64,000 bases of DNA, taken from positions 147,312,001 through 147,376,000 of the forward strand of contig OX597816.1 in NCBI GenBank assembly GCA_951406725.2, read 5' to 3'. Source of the stretch: Octopus vulgaris (taxonomy: Eukaryota). The notes under the pieces were generated by a model that saw only the letters and a program-made list of their open reading frames with translations, made no database searches and was not told the DNA's origin. This document shows positions 12,972-26,330 of this stretch, piece by piece (within the stretch, counting starts at the first letter, position 1; each line of letters opens with the position of its first letter). A program made the translations under genes and the position numbers.

Positions 12972-13059
<88 letters not shown>

Positions 13060-13746
13060 TGCCACCAGACAATGAAATGTGCGTAATCAAATGTGCGACC
13101 TTGTTGATATATTTGAAACAGTTTTTAATAACGAATCCTTGTTTTTCTCAGGGTGTCGCCATTGGTGTTATTCTTAATATATTTTCTTTCAATTGTACAC
13201 TCCTCTTTCTGGGTTTCATTTTTTTGTTATATGCGAAATTTAAATCCGGCTTCTTATTTGCGTCTGCAGTCGAAAAGTGTTTTGGTGTTGAATCTCTTAT
13301 GTCTATATGCTTTCTAGGTACATCCACATTTAAGTTTATTTCTTTTACTATTTATTGAACAACATTCTTACTTTGAACTTCGATTTGTTAGTGTTCTGCG
13401 TCCCTACTTAGTACTCCGCAGTGACGCAGTGATATATTCCCCAGGGCATGGTATAATAGGTATAATTCTCATTGTGAATATTAAATGCTATCTGCTCCCC
13501 CATCTTCCATGTGTGTGTTTGTGTGTATTTGTGTGTGTGTGTGCGTGCCTGTGTGCGTTCGAATATGTGTCTGTGTGTATGGTGTAACAACGTTGAAATT
13601 CTTTGTACTCCGTCCTCTAAAACAGGCAGCAGTCCACACCAAAAACTGGAAAAAACTGCCTTTTACAAGCCCGAAATCGATTCTGTTGTCAGAAAGGCAT
13701 TTTCAACGGCACTAACAAACTATCATCGATGACTTTTTTCAAACAC

Positions 13747-13822
<76 letters not shown>

Positions 13823-13917
13823 GTATATATGAATATATATGTATATACATATATATGTATATATATGTATATACATATATATGTATATATATTCATATAT
13901 ATACATGTATATGTGTG

Positions 13918-13948
<31 letters not shown>

Positions 13949-15330
13949 AAGAGGGACAGAGGCAGACAGAGTTTACTTCATAATCGTATTAAAGTATCAA
14001 ATACTGAAATTTATCTCATGTAAAATCATATGTGTGTGTGTGTGTACAGATACATACATATGTCTGAGTACGGCTGCTTTGTAGACAGCTGTAGAATTGT
14101 TCTTATGACTGAGGCCCACAAGAGAACCAAATTTTAGGCTAGGTTTTGCCGGCCAATTTGAGAAATAGCCAAACTATGTTTACAGGAACTTTTAAAGCAT
14201 TTTCTGATTAATTGGTTGTAAGTACTATTCTTACGAATGATAGGTCAGTGACTTGAGGCTCAATCTTGATTTTCTATGACCATAAATTTTGAAAAAGAAG
14301 CGAGTAATGTCTCATGCTATATTTATGCAAGTTTCCGGTTGACACACGTCTAAATGGTGAAGCTTGTGTGCCCTTCTTCACCCCAATCGGCACACGAGTT
14401 TTCTCTCTAGACTGATTTCAAGGGAGTTGCTGCACATGAAAGTAATTAAAATGTATGAACTATGCATAGAATTGTACTGACTTTTAGTATAAATCTTTAG
14501 GATTGTGACTAAGCCTCATCTGTGCGAAGGAGCTTCAGAGACAAGAACTCGAGATCGCATTGAATTCACGTATGTGCCTAAGTCATTTTTGAAGGTTATC
14601 CCTACACATTTTCAATAGACACTATAGAGAAAGAACAAGCAGTTACAATTTGTTTTCTATACGAATTCATCTATGTAAACAATATGGTCTAAGATTCAAA
14701 ATAGGTAATGGGTGTCTCTACATATTTCAGAAGATTTTGCTCCTTCTTTACCATCCAACCCATAAACGATTTCAGGAACACATTGCTTAAATGACCAGCA
14801 AATATAGCGGTGCAAAGCAATTGGATGCACAAATTAAAAATATTAAACATATTCATGACAATATGCACGTACCACTTGAGGTCAAATGTATTTAATATGT
14901 AAAATTGGTGTATTCAATTGTTTTACAGCGCAGTATTTCGTATCTATTTAAGCAATGTGTTCGTGAATGATTAACGGATGGAATATGAGACTGAAGAAGG
15001 AGCAAGTACTTCTGAAATATGTATATACACTCATTACCCATTTTTCTTTCTGCGATCACTGTGTTTCCATGGACGTATTCATTATAGAAACGTTGAAATT
15101 TCCAGAGCTGGTGCTAATTTCTGTAGAAAATCTGTAGGAATAACATTAAAAAGGAGTTGAATTGCTCTGTTAACACAGAAGAGACACGATATTGATTTAT
15201 AAGCCTTTCATATATTTGGTAGTACTTTATGTCTGTGTAGTGAAAACCGGTGTCCTCACTCGCAATTAATATGTGAATAAGTGTGCCAGTGTGTATGTGC
15301 GTGTGAAATTATTTACGCAAGCACAATGTT

Positions 15331-15372
<42 letters not shown>

Positions 15373-16281
15373 GTACGGGTGTGTGTTTTTCTGCCTTTTT
15401 TAAAGCCGTGGGAAATTTGCCATTCCAAATACCGACTATGAAGAAACAGAAGTGTTTCACGGACCAGGTGACAATTGCGAGGCGAAACATTTAACACTTT
15501 GAAAGATAAATGAAAACTGAAAATAAATTATTTCTATATGCCTACGCACACACAAACACATACATAAATAGTGATATTTCTTGAGATTTATGCATTCGTT
15601 TTACGTGTGTGTGTTTGTGTTTCTTTGCATAGCGACAACCTCATTAGTGAGACGTCATAGCCTTTAGGGTAGGGAGTAATAACGATGTGCGCATCAGCCA
15701 TTATTTCAAATATCCAATTTAAATTTGTATAATGAATATATTTTTTCATCATGTTTTGCTTTGAGCTCTTTGTCAGCCTTTTTTATTCGCAACCCATTAT
15801 TTCTCCTCATTTTGTGTATTATCATTGTTTTTCTCTCTTTCTCAGTTTGCAAACACGATCATATACAGGGGCCGGCATCAATGTGTTCGACATAATATTT
15901 ACCACTCATTTATCTTTACAACCAGATATGAATTAACCTCCTCCCTAGAGTAATATATGCTACGTGTTCCTTATATTCAGGGTCATGTTCTAATTGCTTT
16001 ATTCCAATCCTACAATACTGCTTTTAGATTTTATGGAAGTATTTAAGGCAAGCCAATTCTTGGAGTATTTCTGTGAAGCAATATTCTTTCAAAAAAACAA
16101 ATTAGGATGTATTCACAATTATATTATATGAAAGACTACTTCAATCTCAAACAGCCAGGCGACTACCTCCAACACTAATAATTGATAATACACTGTTTCG
16201 CTTTATATCGATAGTGACAGCTAGCATATCTATGCATAGACATAGATATGTGACAGCTGACATATCTATGGCATAGACATA

Positions 16282-16960
16282 TATTTCTTTATTAGCCACA
16301 CAGGGCTGCACACAGACGGGACGAATTACAAGGTAGGGCTTTTCTTTTGGGAATAGAAAGAAAGGTGGTTGGTTTTCGATCAAAAGGGATCGTAAAAAGA
16401 AAGAGGAAAGGAAAAGCAAAAAAAGGGGAGTGGTTAAAAATAAAAGGAAAAAGAAAAAAATTGATCAATAGGGATCGTTATCACAGAAATCTCAATATAA
16501 AGTGTAAAGGGGAAGACAGGTGAGGTTTACCCGTGGAAAGAAAAGCCTACGGAAAAGATCACGGTAACCTCGGTCAATGAAATCACATGTTAAATAATTT
16601 TTTTTACAAATAAGTAACTCTCTGTATTAAATTTTTACCGTTCATAGGATCATGCTCAAGGTGGCTTCGTCATTCATACGTGCCATCCTTGCTATATTCA
16701 CCCATCTTTTTTTAAAACATTCGCTAGACAAAATTGCCTCTCTACTCTCACTTTCTTCTTCAAGTGATACTTGAAGAAGTTGATGAGAGATTGACCAAAG
16801 AGGAGAGTGTTTGTCTCTAATCCTTTCAGGCGCGTCCACCAGATACATTCTTTCGCCATAGTCACATGTATGATAAAAAATAGCTCTTCCTTCCCGTTTG
16901 AAGGAAGGACATAGATATGTGCGATAGGTTCTGGGAGTCTGTTTTATTGTTGTGCGTAGA
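16282..16960 (-). mobile_element. L1/Tx1-like LINE 3' fragment (ORF2 end plus 3'UTR)
   Basis: PSFKREGRAIF..; frameshifted QSLINFFKYHLKKKVRVER..LSSECFKKRWVNIARMARMNDEATLSMIL*; 3' end TGTGTGGCTAATAAAGAAATA. Confidence 0.8.
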
Positions 16961-17478
16961 ATGTAGAGCAATTGTATACTTATATATATTCCTGAGATGA
17001 TTCTGAAAGTGTTGTGAACCTGAAAGGGAAAAACAACAGCCTTTGTTTCTGAATCAGCATCAAATGTGGAGAGTCTCAAGTAGTCTTTAAATTATTGTCT
17101 ATGTGAAAATACATTTGGAACATTAGGCAGTGATTTGCACCAAGACGCTGTGAGAACTACTATGTGTTTACGTGCGTGTCCATGAGTATGTATGTGTGTG
17201 TGCGTGGGAGGTTCTATGTGTGGATGGTTAAGCAAGTGAGGAGTACATGCCTGCGTTTTACAATGAAAACTATTTCAGTTATATAATATGTAATATGTAA
17301 TTGCTGAAAATATTAGAATGACTCAAGCTTCATAAACTCTCAAATGGAGAACAGAATATTGAAATCATTCAGTAAGTTGAATGAAAGAAACTTCAAAGAA
17401 TCCTCCTAGCTTGATCCAGTGATTTGGCGAGAACAGCAAAATGATGTCTGGTCTGCTTACAAACTCTGTCTCGGTTTG

Positions 17479-17479
<1 letters not shown>

Positions 17480-17549
<70 letters not shown>

Positions 17550-17586
17550 CTCTCTCCCCCTCTCTCTCTCTTTCTCTCTCTCTCTA

Positions 17587-17622
<36 letters not shown>
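17480..17622. repeat. (TATC)n/(TC)n/(TA)n compound microsatellite
   Basis: Direct reading. Confidence 0.95.
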
Positions 17623-17627
<5 letters not shown>

Positions 17628-18445
17628 CTGTCTGTCTGACTATCTGCCTGTCTCTGTTTCGTTTCGAATTTCTGTTTCCATACACTCTCTTTCCATCTAT
17701 TTATCTTTCTATTCATCTGTCACCTCTTTCTTTATCACTATCTACGCTAAGCAAATTAGTTGTTCCAGTTGTCAGTAACTACTGGATAACTTGAACATAT
17801 AAACGCAATGGTTACTTTTTACTATGTGATTGGTCAGTTGGTGTAGACATCTCTGATTAGATTCAAAAGTCGATTGAGATAAGTCATCAGTTTTTTTCAA
17901 TCTGTGCTGCATAAGCTGCAATAAATGTGTACGTGTGTATGTAGTATATGTGCACATATTTGTATATGTACACATGACATTGGCCACAATGAGCTATGTC
18001 TAAGTCCCTGGTATACTAGAGATAATGTTGGACAACAGTCATACTAATGACTCCTTTTGGGGCAGAAACACGCGTCCATGACAGTTCTCCTATATTCAGA
18101 CATTAAGTCTCTGATGTTACATAATGTTGATACATAACGTGCCAACATTAGAGATATATTGATATTTGAGACGGCATCCCCTCGTTTGGCATTTATTTTT
18201 ATTGCAGTGTGTGATAATCTCACATCTAAGTGCAGAGATGATGTCAATAAATTAAGAATTTATGGTGCATCACATTCGGCATACAGATATCTGTCTATGT
18301 ATGTATATAGAAGGGAATTCGATAAGTCTAACCGTGGTGGATACTTAATACTATACATTCCGGATAATATGTCCATTCTACTGACAGAACTACGAGTGTA
18401 CCTTTCCCTGATTTATGGTCTCTTTAGACGACTCATGCATGTATT

Positions 18446-18518
<73 letters not shown>

Positions 18519-18567
18519 TTGTGTGTATGTGTGTGTGTGTGTGTGTGTGTGTATGAATATATATGTG

Positions 18568-18604
<37 letters not shown>

Positions 18605-18632
18605 GTATATGTACATGCATATATACATATAT

Positions 18633-18661
<29 letters not shown>

Positions 18662-18666
<5 letters not shown>

Positions 18667-18826
18667 CAAGCTTCTTGCAGTTTCCGTCTACCATATCTAA
18701 TCACAAGTCTTTGACGGGCCCGAGGCTATAGTAGAAGACACTTGCCCAAAGTGCCACACAGTCGGATCGAACCCGATACCATGTGGTTGGTAAGCAAGCT
18801 AGTTACTCCACAGCCACTCCTGCGCC
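18662..18826 (-). mobile_element. tRNA-derived SINE, second family, 5' half
   Basis: Minus strand GGCGCAGGAGTGGCTGTG..GCTTGCTTACCAACCACATGG..GGTTCGATCC..TTGGGCAAGTGTCTTCTACTATAGCCTCGGG. Confidence 0.85.
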
Positions 18827-18957
18827 TATATACGACGGTTTAGTTCAGTTTTTGTTTACCAAATCTTAGTTTGGCTTTATTATCATAACTGTATAACACA
18901 CGAGGCCAGATCAAACTCGTTAGTCCTTACTGCATTTACATGTGTGTGTATATGTGT

Positions 18958-19001
<44 letters not shown>

Positions 19002-19049
19002 GTGTGTGTGTGTATGTGTGCCTGTTTGTATGTTTGTGTGCGTGTGTGT

Positions 19050-19775
19050 CAATTCCTCAAGGTCATGTATTTGCACCTGGAATATCTTGCTTTGATCGTG
19101 TTGGCATAACACCATCCGTACCTGTAAAATCTCAAATCTGGGTGAGAGCTCCGCCTACAGTGGCTGCATTCGATGATACATCTTCTCGCCTTCTCCCGGC
19201 CCTGTACTTCTCCCGGAGTACAGCCGACTGGCTGATTTTGATGGTCGTGATGAGGGAATACTGAGCACCTTGACCTTGCAATTCTGTCTTCTTCGCATTG
19301 ATTGTCATGCTGAAAGTTTGACAGGCTCTTGTGAAAATGTCCATGAGGGGTTGTGTAGCCAGTGACCTTGCGTATCTGATGACTATATCATGTACTTTAG
19401 TATTAGTCGACGCCAGAGACTTGCTGAGGACTCTCCAGATTGATTAACAAAAGATAACATCTGGTGACGTTCTAAAATTATCATGGGTAAACGGCGCCCT
19501 TTTTTTAATATATTTTTTTAATAGAACGTGTTACAAAAATTACTTTGAATTGTCTCAGTAATCCGGTCCAAATGATGGCGAACTATGTCACATGCAGCCC
19601 GCTTCTCGATAACGTTTTCCTGTGCCTCTGCCCAAGGTATGCTTCAGTATGAAGGTGAAGAAGATGCCGAGCATTGAGGATGCATACAGCCATGTCACCC
19701 TCTAGTATGGATCCAAAGGAAAGCTAACGAATTGAATGACACCTTTCATGTCTGTGTAAAATGACTGTTGATCAG
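19050..19775 (-). mobile_element. RTE/BovB-like LINE RT relic with internal deletions
   Basis: MDIFTRACQTFSMTINAKKTELQGQ; QSFYTDMKGVIQF; GC..(P)..GIFFTFILKH, matching RTE-BovB RT motifs. Confidence 0.75.
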
Positions 19776-21220
19776 TCATTCTATATATATATTGTAAAAA
19801 GATAAAACAAGAAAATAAATGTACAAACAATTATAAATCTGTATAAAATATCGCTTTTGATAACTTAATAATTGCAGGCTAGGCATATAAGAAGCGCTTA
19901 AAATAAAATGAAATTGTGCAAAGTTGATAACAATATAGTGTAGTCATTTATGCGTGGATTAATTTGTGTCAATCGTGTATATAAGTTCCTAAAAAGGGCG
20001 TGTAAAATGACATCAGTAAATGTAACCTGCAACTATTTATGTGCAAACGTGGGCGCGAGAGATAGAGATAGAAACACATAATCGCATAATAATGCAATGG
20101 AGCGATGTTTCTCAATATGGAAATATAAATTAATGCAGACGAGTTTTTACCAATAGACAAATATACATACGCACAAAAGCAGTATTACAGAGATAAATAC
20201 ATACACACACATGTATATATACAGGTGAGTATATAAACATACATGCAGCTTGTGTTTACTTTCAAAATAGGATTTTCAATAACAACCAAATGATTACATT
20301 AAACATTTAAAGAATTGGAAACCCACTAATTTTCATAGTAATCACCATTTCATAACATTATTTCCGATTATAAAAAGTAGCCTGCTCTGTACTAACAAAT
20401 CGGCAAACAGCAACGTTGCAAATTTTAAAATGTGAACCTTCGTGTAGCATGCTAAAACAAAATAACAAAGAAAACTACGGTAAAAACAGAGAATACCTAT
20501 CTTACGTATACACACGCACACATACAAACACACACATATATATACACACACGCACACACACACACACACATATACACATATATATCCTCTCGATTCACTT
20601 TTGGCCTGGAGTGATAAAATTCATTATCTCCGCTAGGAACCACTGTGAAAATAATGACTTTTGAAATGTACTATTTCTAGCTTTGCACGCAGATGTAATT
20701 TTGCTAACACGCAATCCTGAATAATCTAAGATTTCAAGCATTGAAATCCTGCCTGTCCCTTTAAAGTTATTACAGGGAACTGGGAAAGAAAGTGATTATT
20801 TGTGTTTGTGTTAAAACCTAACCATGACCTCTTAAGATACACATATCATTGATTGGAACGAAAATGACTAATGGAAGTTTGAGATTAGTTATTCTCCCAT
20901 TGAGTATGTTTAAAGAATGTTTTGATTTGTTACACATTTGGTGTTATTGCATTGTATTCTGTTTTGAAATAAAGTAACAATGAGTTCAGTATTGCAAAAT
21001 AGCTTTTGCACATTTGTCTAACAAAAGTATGGTTTATTTAAACTTACATGTTAACATTCTTGTCTCAGAAACAAAATTAACTGAATCGTGGGAAGAATTT
21101 ACGCTTGCTGTAATGGTGTGTTTTTATGCCGATTTTAAAAAGTATACACACCATAATGCACATACATGTACATATCTATAAGTGTATGTGTATACATATA
21201 TGTATATATATGTATATATA

Positions 21221-21279
<59 letters not shown>

Positions 21280-21284
21280 GTGTG

Positions 21285-21560
21285 TCTTAGTGGTTAGGCG
21301 TGTTAATCTCACGATAGTGACCTCGCAATTTCAACACCAGATCCGCCTCGCGTTGTGCGCTTGAGCAAACCACTTCATTACACATTGCTCCAGTTCAATG
21401 TAGCCCTGGGACGGAGTAGCCTTCCGATAACGGGTAATGTTGATTTACTTGCCAACCCAATAGGATTGAATCATTCGAAGTCTAAAACAATGCAAAGCAC
21501 ATTCTTACCAGCGATGTATAACAATATCTCACTCTTTGCTCACGGAATATATTTTAGTGT
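21285..21560 (+). mobile_element. Diverged tRNA-derived SINE (CORE/MIR-like body)
   Basis: CTTAGTGGTTAGG A-box; TTGTGCGCTTGAGCAAACCACTTCATT..TTGCTCCAG body. Confidence 0.55.
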
Positions 21561-21579
21561 GTGTGCTGTGTGTACTTGT

Positions 21580-21641
<62 letters not shown>

Positions 21642-21751
21642 ATGTGCACATCAGAGATGCTTTGTCCCGTGCAGGAACGGAAGGAGCTGCAGGTGTTACT
21701 CTAGCTCTTCTGGCAGTGACAGAAGTAATTGTGTGTGTATGTATATACATA

Positions 21752-21787
<36 letters not shown>

Positions 21788-22081
21788 TGTATATGTATGC
21801 ATATGTATATATATATAGCTCTCGGTCAGTTAGGATAACATGTTCAGGAAGCCCGCATAATGTGTAAATGCATATGTGAATAACAACCAATGACTCAGAC
21901 ATGCGTGGACATGCGGAGATAAATCTAAAATCCGCTAGAGCAGGCACGCCATATATCCTCCGCTTTTAATGAAGCACAGGAATCTATGGCAACGGCCGCA
22001 CTGAGGTGAAGCGTTATATTGGACCTGTGGAAGGAAAATTTCAAACCATATACAACAAGCAGCTTTGAAACTTTAGACAAC

Positions 22082-22298
22082 GGCGCAGGAGTGGCTGTAT
22101 GGTAAGTAGCTTGCTAACCAACCACATGGTTGCGGATTCAGTCCCACTGCGTGGCTTCTTGGGCAAGTGTCTTCTGCAAAAGAGAACGATAGAATAAGTA
22201 CTGGGCTTACAAAGAATAAGTCCCGGGGTCGATTTGCTCGACTGAAGGCGTTGCTCCAGCATGGCCGCAGTCAAATGACTGAAACAAGTAAAAGAGTA
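22082..22298 (+). mobile_element. tRNA-derived SINE, second family, internally deleted
   Basis: GGCGCAGGAGTGGCTGTATGGTAAGTAGC head joined to GATAGAATAAGTACTGGGCTTACAAAGAATAAGTCCCGGGGTCG..GCTCCAGCATGGCCGCAGTC tail, shared with 49895-50000. Confidence 0.9.
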
Positions 22299-22825
22299 AC
22301 CCGAGAAGAGGCATGTAGCAGCCATCTAGACATTAGTATGGAGTCTTAAGGACGAGAAAGTCAGCTACGACAGCAAATAAAAGAACCTCTCTAAGATGAA
22401 ACCTTACATTAATGAGACATAAAAATGTTCCACACGCTTCGTTAAAATCTGTATCTTAAAAAAACTTAAGAACTTACAAGGACCGTATGGATACCAGCAG
22501 CGAGAATTTTTCTTTATGTCTGCGCTTAAGAAAAATAAATTAACGATATACTACTGGACACATTCTAGCGGTAGTCTAGGGTAATTTTCATATTCGTAAG
22601 ACACTGGTTTTATATAAACTGTAAAGTCAATTATCTCACCTCTGTTTCCTTCTGTCGTTTTTTAAATGCGTATGCTAATTCAAATTGTTGATTGTATGGA
22701 CATGGAACGTAGTTAATTTAGCGTCATGTAGTTTCTGCCATATAAGATAAAATATCTTATTTCGGTCAGAAAATCACAGGCAGCCGTATTTCAAAAAGTT
22801 TTGTAGTTTTTTACAATAACAAAAC

Positions 22826-22905
22826 AATAATAATGATGATAATAATAATAATAATAATAATAACAACAATAATAGTAATAATTATTATTATTATTATTAT
22901 TATTA

Positions 22906-22942
<37 letters not shown>

Positions 22943-22979
22943 TTATTATTATTATTATTATTGTTATTATTATTATTAA

Positions 22980-23030
<51 letters not shown>

Positions 23031-23036
23031 CATTAT
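22826..23036. repeat. (AAT)n immediately followed by (TTA)n microsatellite
   Basis: Direct reading. Confidence 0.9.
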
Positions 23037-23037
23037 T

Positions 23038-23270
23038 CCTTGGATAATGGAACAGCAACTTTAACATCCAACATATTTTTATTCTTATATTTCCCATTAT
23101 ATTTTCTGTATCATTCCTTTTCCAAAATATCTTATGTAATGAACTCTTCTATTTTCCTCTATTGTAACTCTCTCATATCGTATCTGATGGTGGGAAATCT
23201 TTTATATCACTGAAACGGCTGTAAGACTACCTTTCTCTTTATAAATGTCCAATAAATATCACACTGCCTT
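23038..23270 (+). mobile_element. PLE-like 3' end/pLTR fragment with hammerhead-like motif at 23181-23226
   Basis: TAT CTGATGG..GAAAC GGCT GTA AGA; co-linear with the reverse complement of 59400-59660. Confidence 0.6.
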
Positions 23271-25849
23271 CTTATATCAATTTATTTAACATATACACGC
23301 TCACACGGGACCCGTATTAGACTGCTCACTCATATCATTATTGCACCGATAGCCTAACAACGGTCCTTCCTAGCATTTACATAGTCTTACCTGCCACCTT
23401 GGGTCTTCTGGATACTAAAACCTCTCATATATACATAAATACATACACATATATATATATGTATATATATATTGGGCCACCAAGCCCACAGAAATAGCTG
23501 TTGGACTCGTAAAACTCTTGTTCACATCCTTCCTTTCTGTGTAAGTCGGACTTCTTATATGTAAACGTGTGTACATTTTTTGTATTAAATGTATTTAATA
23601 TTTTTTTGTATATGGACCTGCCTAACTACATTCACTCCTCTACCTGCTCAACGTCAAATTTCTTGAGCACTTCAAAGTGTATTCTCTGTTTAGAGAATAA
23701 CTGTCTCAGAGAAAGAGAGAGAGAAAGGGAGAGAATATATATATATAGAGAGAGAGAGAGAAAGAGAAATATATCCACGAAATTATTTCATGAGGCGTAT
23801 AGGATCTCCTGGATTTAGCTGTATAGAACACTCCTCTGTATTGGATTACTTTGTCGTATGATAGCCTGGTCTACTAGAGGAGCTCTATGTGATACATGAT
23901 AATGGATAGGTAGGTAGGTAGGTAGGTAGGTAAACTTCGAGAAGGTGATGATGGTTGTAAAAGAAATTAGTGATGATACAGAGTAATAATATTTGATGTT
24001 ATTGCTTTCTTTCATCACAGCTAAATGTCACGACTATCAACTCCACAAATACGACAAGTAATTATTTGTAATATAGAGACTATATTACAATCTCTATATA
24101 CTGTACAAAAAGGGAGAAAGTAGAGGAAGATCGGGCGATAAAGGCAGTGATATTAACGATGCTCTTAATTTTATAGTAGGGTATGTGCCGAATTAGTCTA
24201 ATCATTACAGCGGTTAGAGTTCAGTTTTGATATCAGACATTTTTTCTGTCATTCCTATCTTTCTCTAAGTAATTTGGCTCCCAATTTTCTAAAATAATGT
24301 CATAATAATAAACAATTTTTACTAGAGATACTCAGCTGCACCTGTGTGCCTCTTCGTGTAGTTTGTTTGCTAGACCAGGCTGTGGTAGGAGTATGTGCTC
24401 AAAGATTTCATAAAACATTTCAGTTACTTGTAAGTTATCACTTAAATGATTCTGACTATAGTGACTTCATTATATTTGTACCGACACTACGCTCTGCTTT
24501 CAAATTCAAATCATGCCAAAGTTAACGATTCTTTCTCAGAGTGTAAGATTAGCGGAACTATTAGAGTCTCGGACTGGATGCGTTGTTGTACTAGTTACGG
24601 CCTATTAGATGCCAATTTCTTAGATAACTTCGTTGACGAGAAGAATAGCGACTGATATTCATGAACAATTGTTAAAAAAAAACACAAGCCTAGGCCTTCA
24701 CACATTTTTGGAAATATATGAACAACCCTGTATGACGAAGACCCCCAGATAGTGAATGTGGTTACATTGATCCCGAATGGGATCTACAACTATTTCTGCT
24801 TTGTTCGTTACTTTTCGCTGAATACTACATGGAAGATCATGTTAATGTTGCAGTTAGTTTTATTTTAACTTCTTCCAGTGATCTTTATCGAATGCTTTGT
24901 TTACTTTACAGCTTTCATTTCTCTTTTTCATGTTTTATGTATAACTTATCTTGATGTTTAAAGTATTTACATGTGTTTTCCGTATCGCTTTTATATTTGT
25001 TCTATATTTCTATTTCGCTCTCAAAATCAAAGTCTGTTGTGAGAATGAAGTAAAGGTTAATGTTTATTTTATTTCTTCTTGCCCTTGGTTGCACATCGCA
25101 TTTGAAAAGGCATTTCTTTGATTTAAAGTATCCGGCCCAAGTGTTTATGTTCTGTTCTATACATCACATTCTGAGTAGCATTTTCTATACGACTTTCTGA
25201 ATAGTGTGCTGTCTATAGAGTGAGCATATTACTAGTATTCGTTTACTGGAATCTCTGAACACTTGATTTAGATTAAAGTTATAAAAATGTACTGCCACTT
25301 GGTAATATTCTATTGCTTATTATTATACCATCGGATTTCTGTCGCCTTCCAGAGAGAGAGAGAGAGAGAGAGATGAAATTATTTCATGAGGAGTATAGGA
25401 TCTTCTGGATTTAAGTTGTATAGAGCTCTCCTTCGTATTGGATTACTATGTCGTATTGGACTACTATTACTAAAATTGAAACCTGTCGCTAACGTTCCCA
25501 ACATTTTGTTTCTTGAAATCAGTTTCTCTTAATACTTAATGAATTGGGTAACTTGGATTTCTTCGAACAACTCTGTTGCATGTGTTTTTTAATTTCCATG
25601 TTTACATCGTTAATTCAACAGCATTTTTGCATATACTGCATATTTCGAAATCTACCTTATCATGATTACCCACAACGCAGCTTCAAACTACGCACCACCT
25701 CTCCTTTGACATTTAAATTTAACAGAAAGGCTGTGGTCCGCTACTTCTAAGTTACCTATCCCTGATAGTGCCTGTGCTTCTATCCTGACCCATCATTCAC
25801 TGTTAAGGATGTAAATGAAATCATTTTAGGTATGTCGCTAGCACATCCA

Positions 25850-26330
25850 ACATAGAAACCAATCTCATAAACAAAAATACACCTAGTATTTTAATTGTAC
25901 ATGCTTTCTTTCTATCTTTGTTTTTGCAAGCATATATTCCTATCGTTAGAAACTTACTTTAGAGTCAGAAAGACATGGCAGCTCTTAGTAGTTCCTACCA
26001 CAGGGCTCATATCAGATCAAAAATGGCATACTGCCCAATGATCTAGAATGTTGTTCATGTAATCATAGACATCCTTGATTGCATCAAGAAAAGCACAACC
26101 AACTAATTCTCATGTAATTTATCCCGTTCCGAACACTAGCCTTCAGAGTGATAGTAGAGAGTTTTCTGTCCTTGTACAACCACTAGTCATGTCATTCCAA
26201 TTCCCTAACTTCTCTCCACCGCTTTCCCATCTACTGTCTAGCATAATATATTCAAGCCGTGTTTCCCAGAACAGCGAACCTCTGAAGATCTCTTTCTGTC
26301 TATGTTTTTCCTAGTGTCGATTTGCAGTTG
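25850..26330 (+). mobile_element. Highly degenerate Jockey/CR1/L2-group LINE 3' fragment
   Basis: Remnants resembling Y.A.IR.KM.YC..IW, AFRVI..VLVQPL and SSFFPRTA.LWNSL motifs, with frameshifts. Confidence 0.45.

Larger units (their letters stand above)
11335..12978 (-). mobile_element. 5'-truncated Penelope-like element (PLE) with inverted pseudo-LTR
   Basis: GIY-YIG ORF at 12380-12830; about 170-bp inverted repeats at 11335-11509 and 12815-12978; degenerate hammerhead at 11540-11617; flanked by TA/CA microsatellites. Confidence 0.85.

Noticed and set aside
13148-13352. Protein-like open frame on the minus strand (KEINLNVDVPRKH..KPRKRSVQLKEN)
   Set aside because: No recognisable domain and no convincing polypyrimidine acceptor. 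It cannot be called an exon without RNA-seq.
16962-17040. Strong-looking splice acceptor on the minus strand (TTTTTCCCTTTCAG|G)
   Set aside because: No supportable exon or donor; such motifs are frequent by chance in AT-rich DNA.
21638-21728. GC-richer island between microsatellites as a possible exon
   Set aside because: No usable acceptor (preceded by (TG)n) and no recognisable peptide in any frame.
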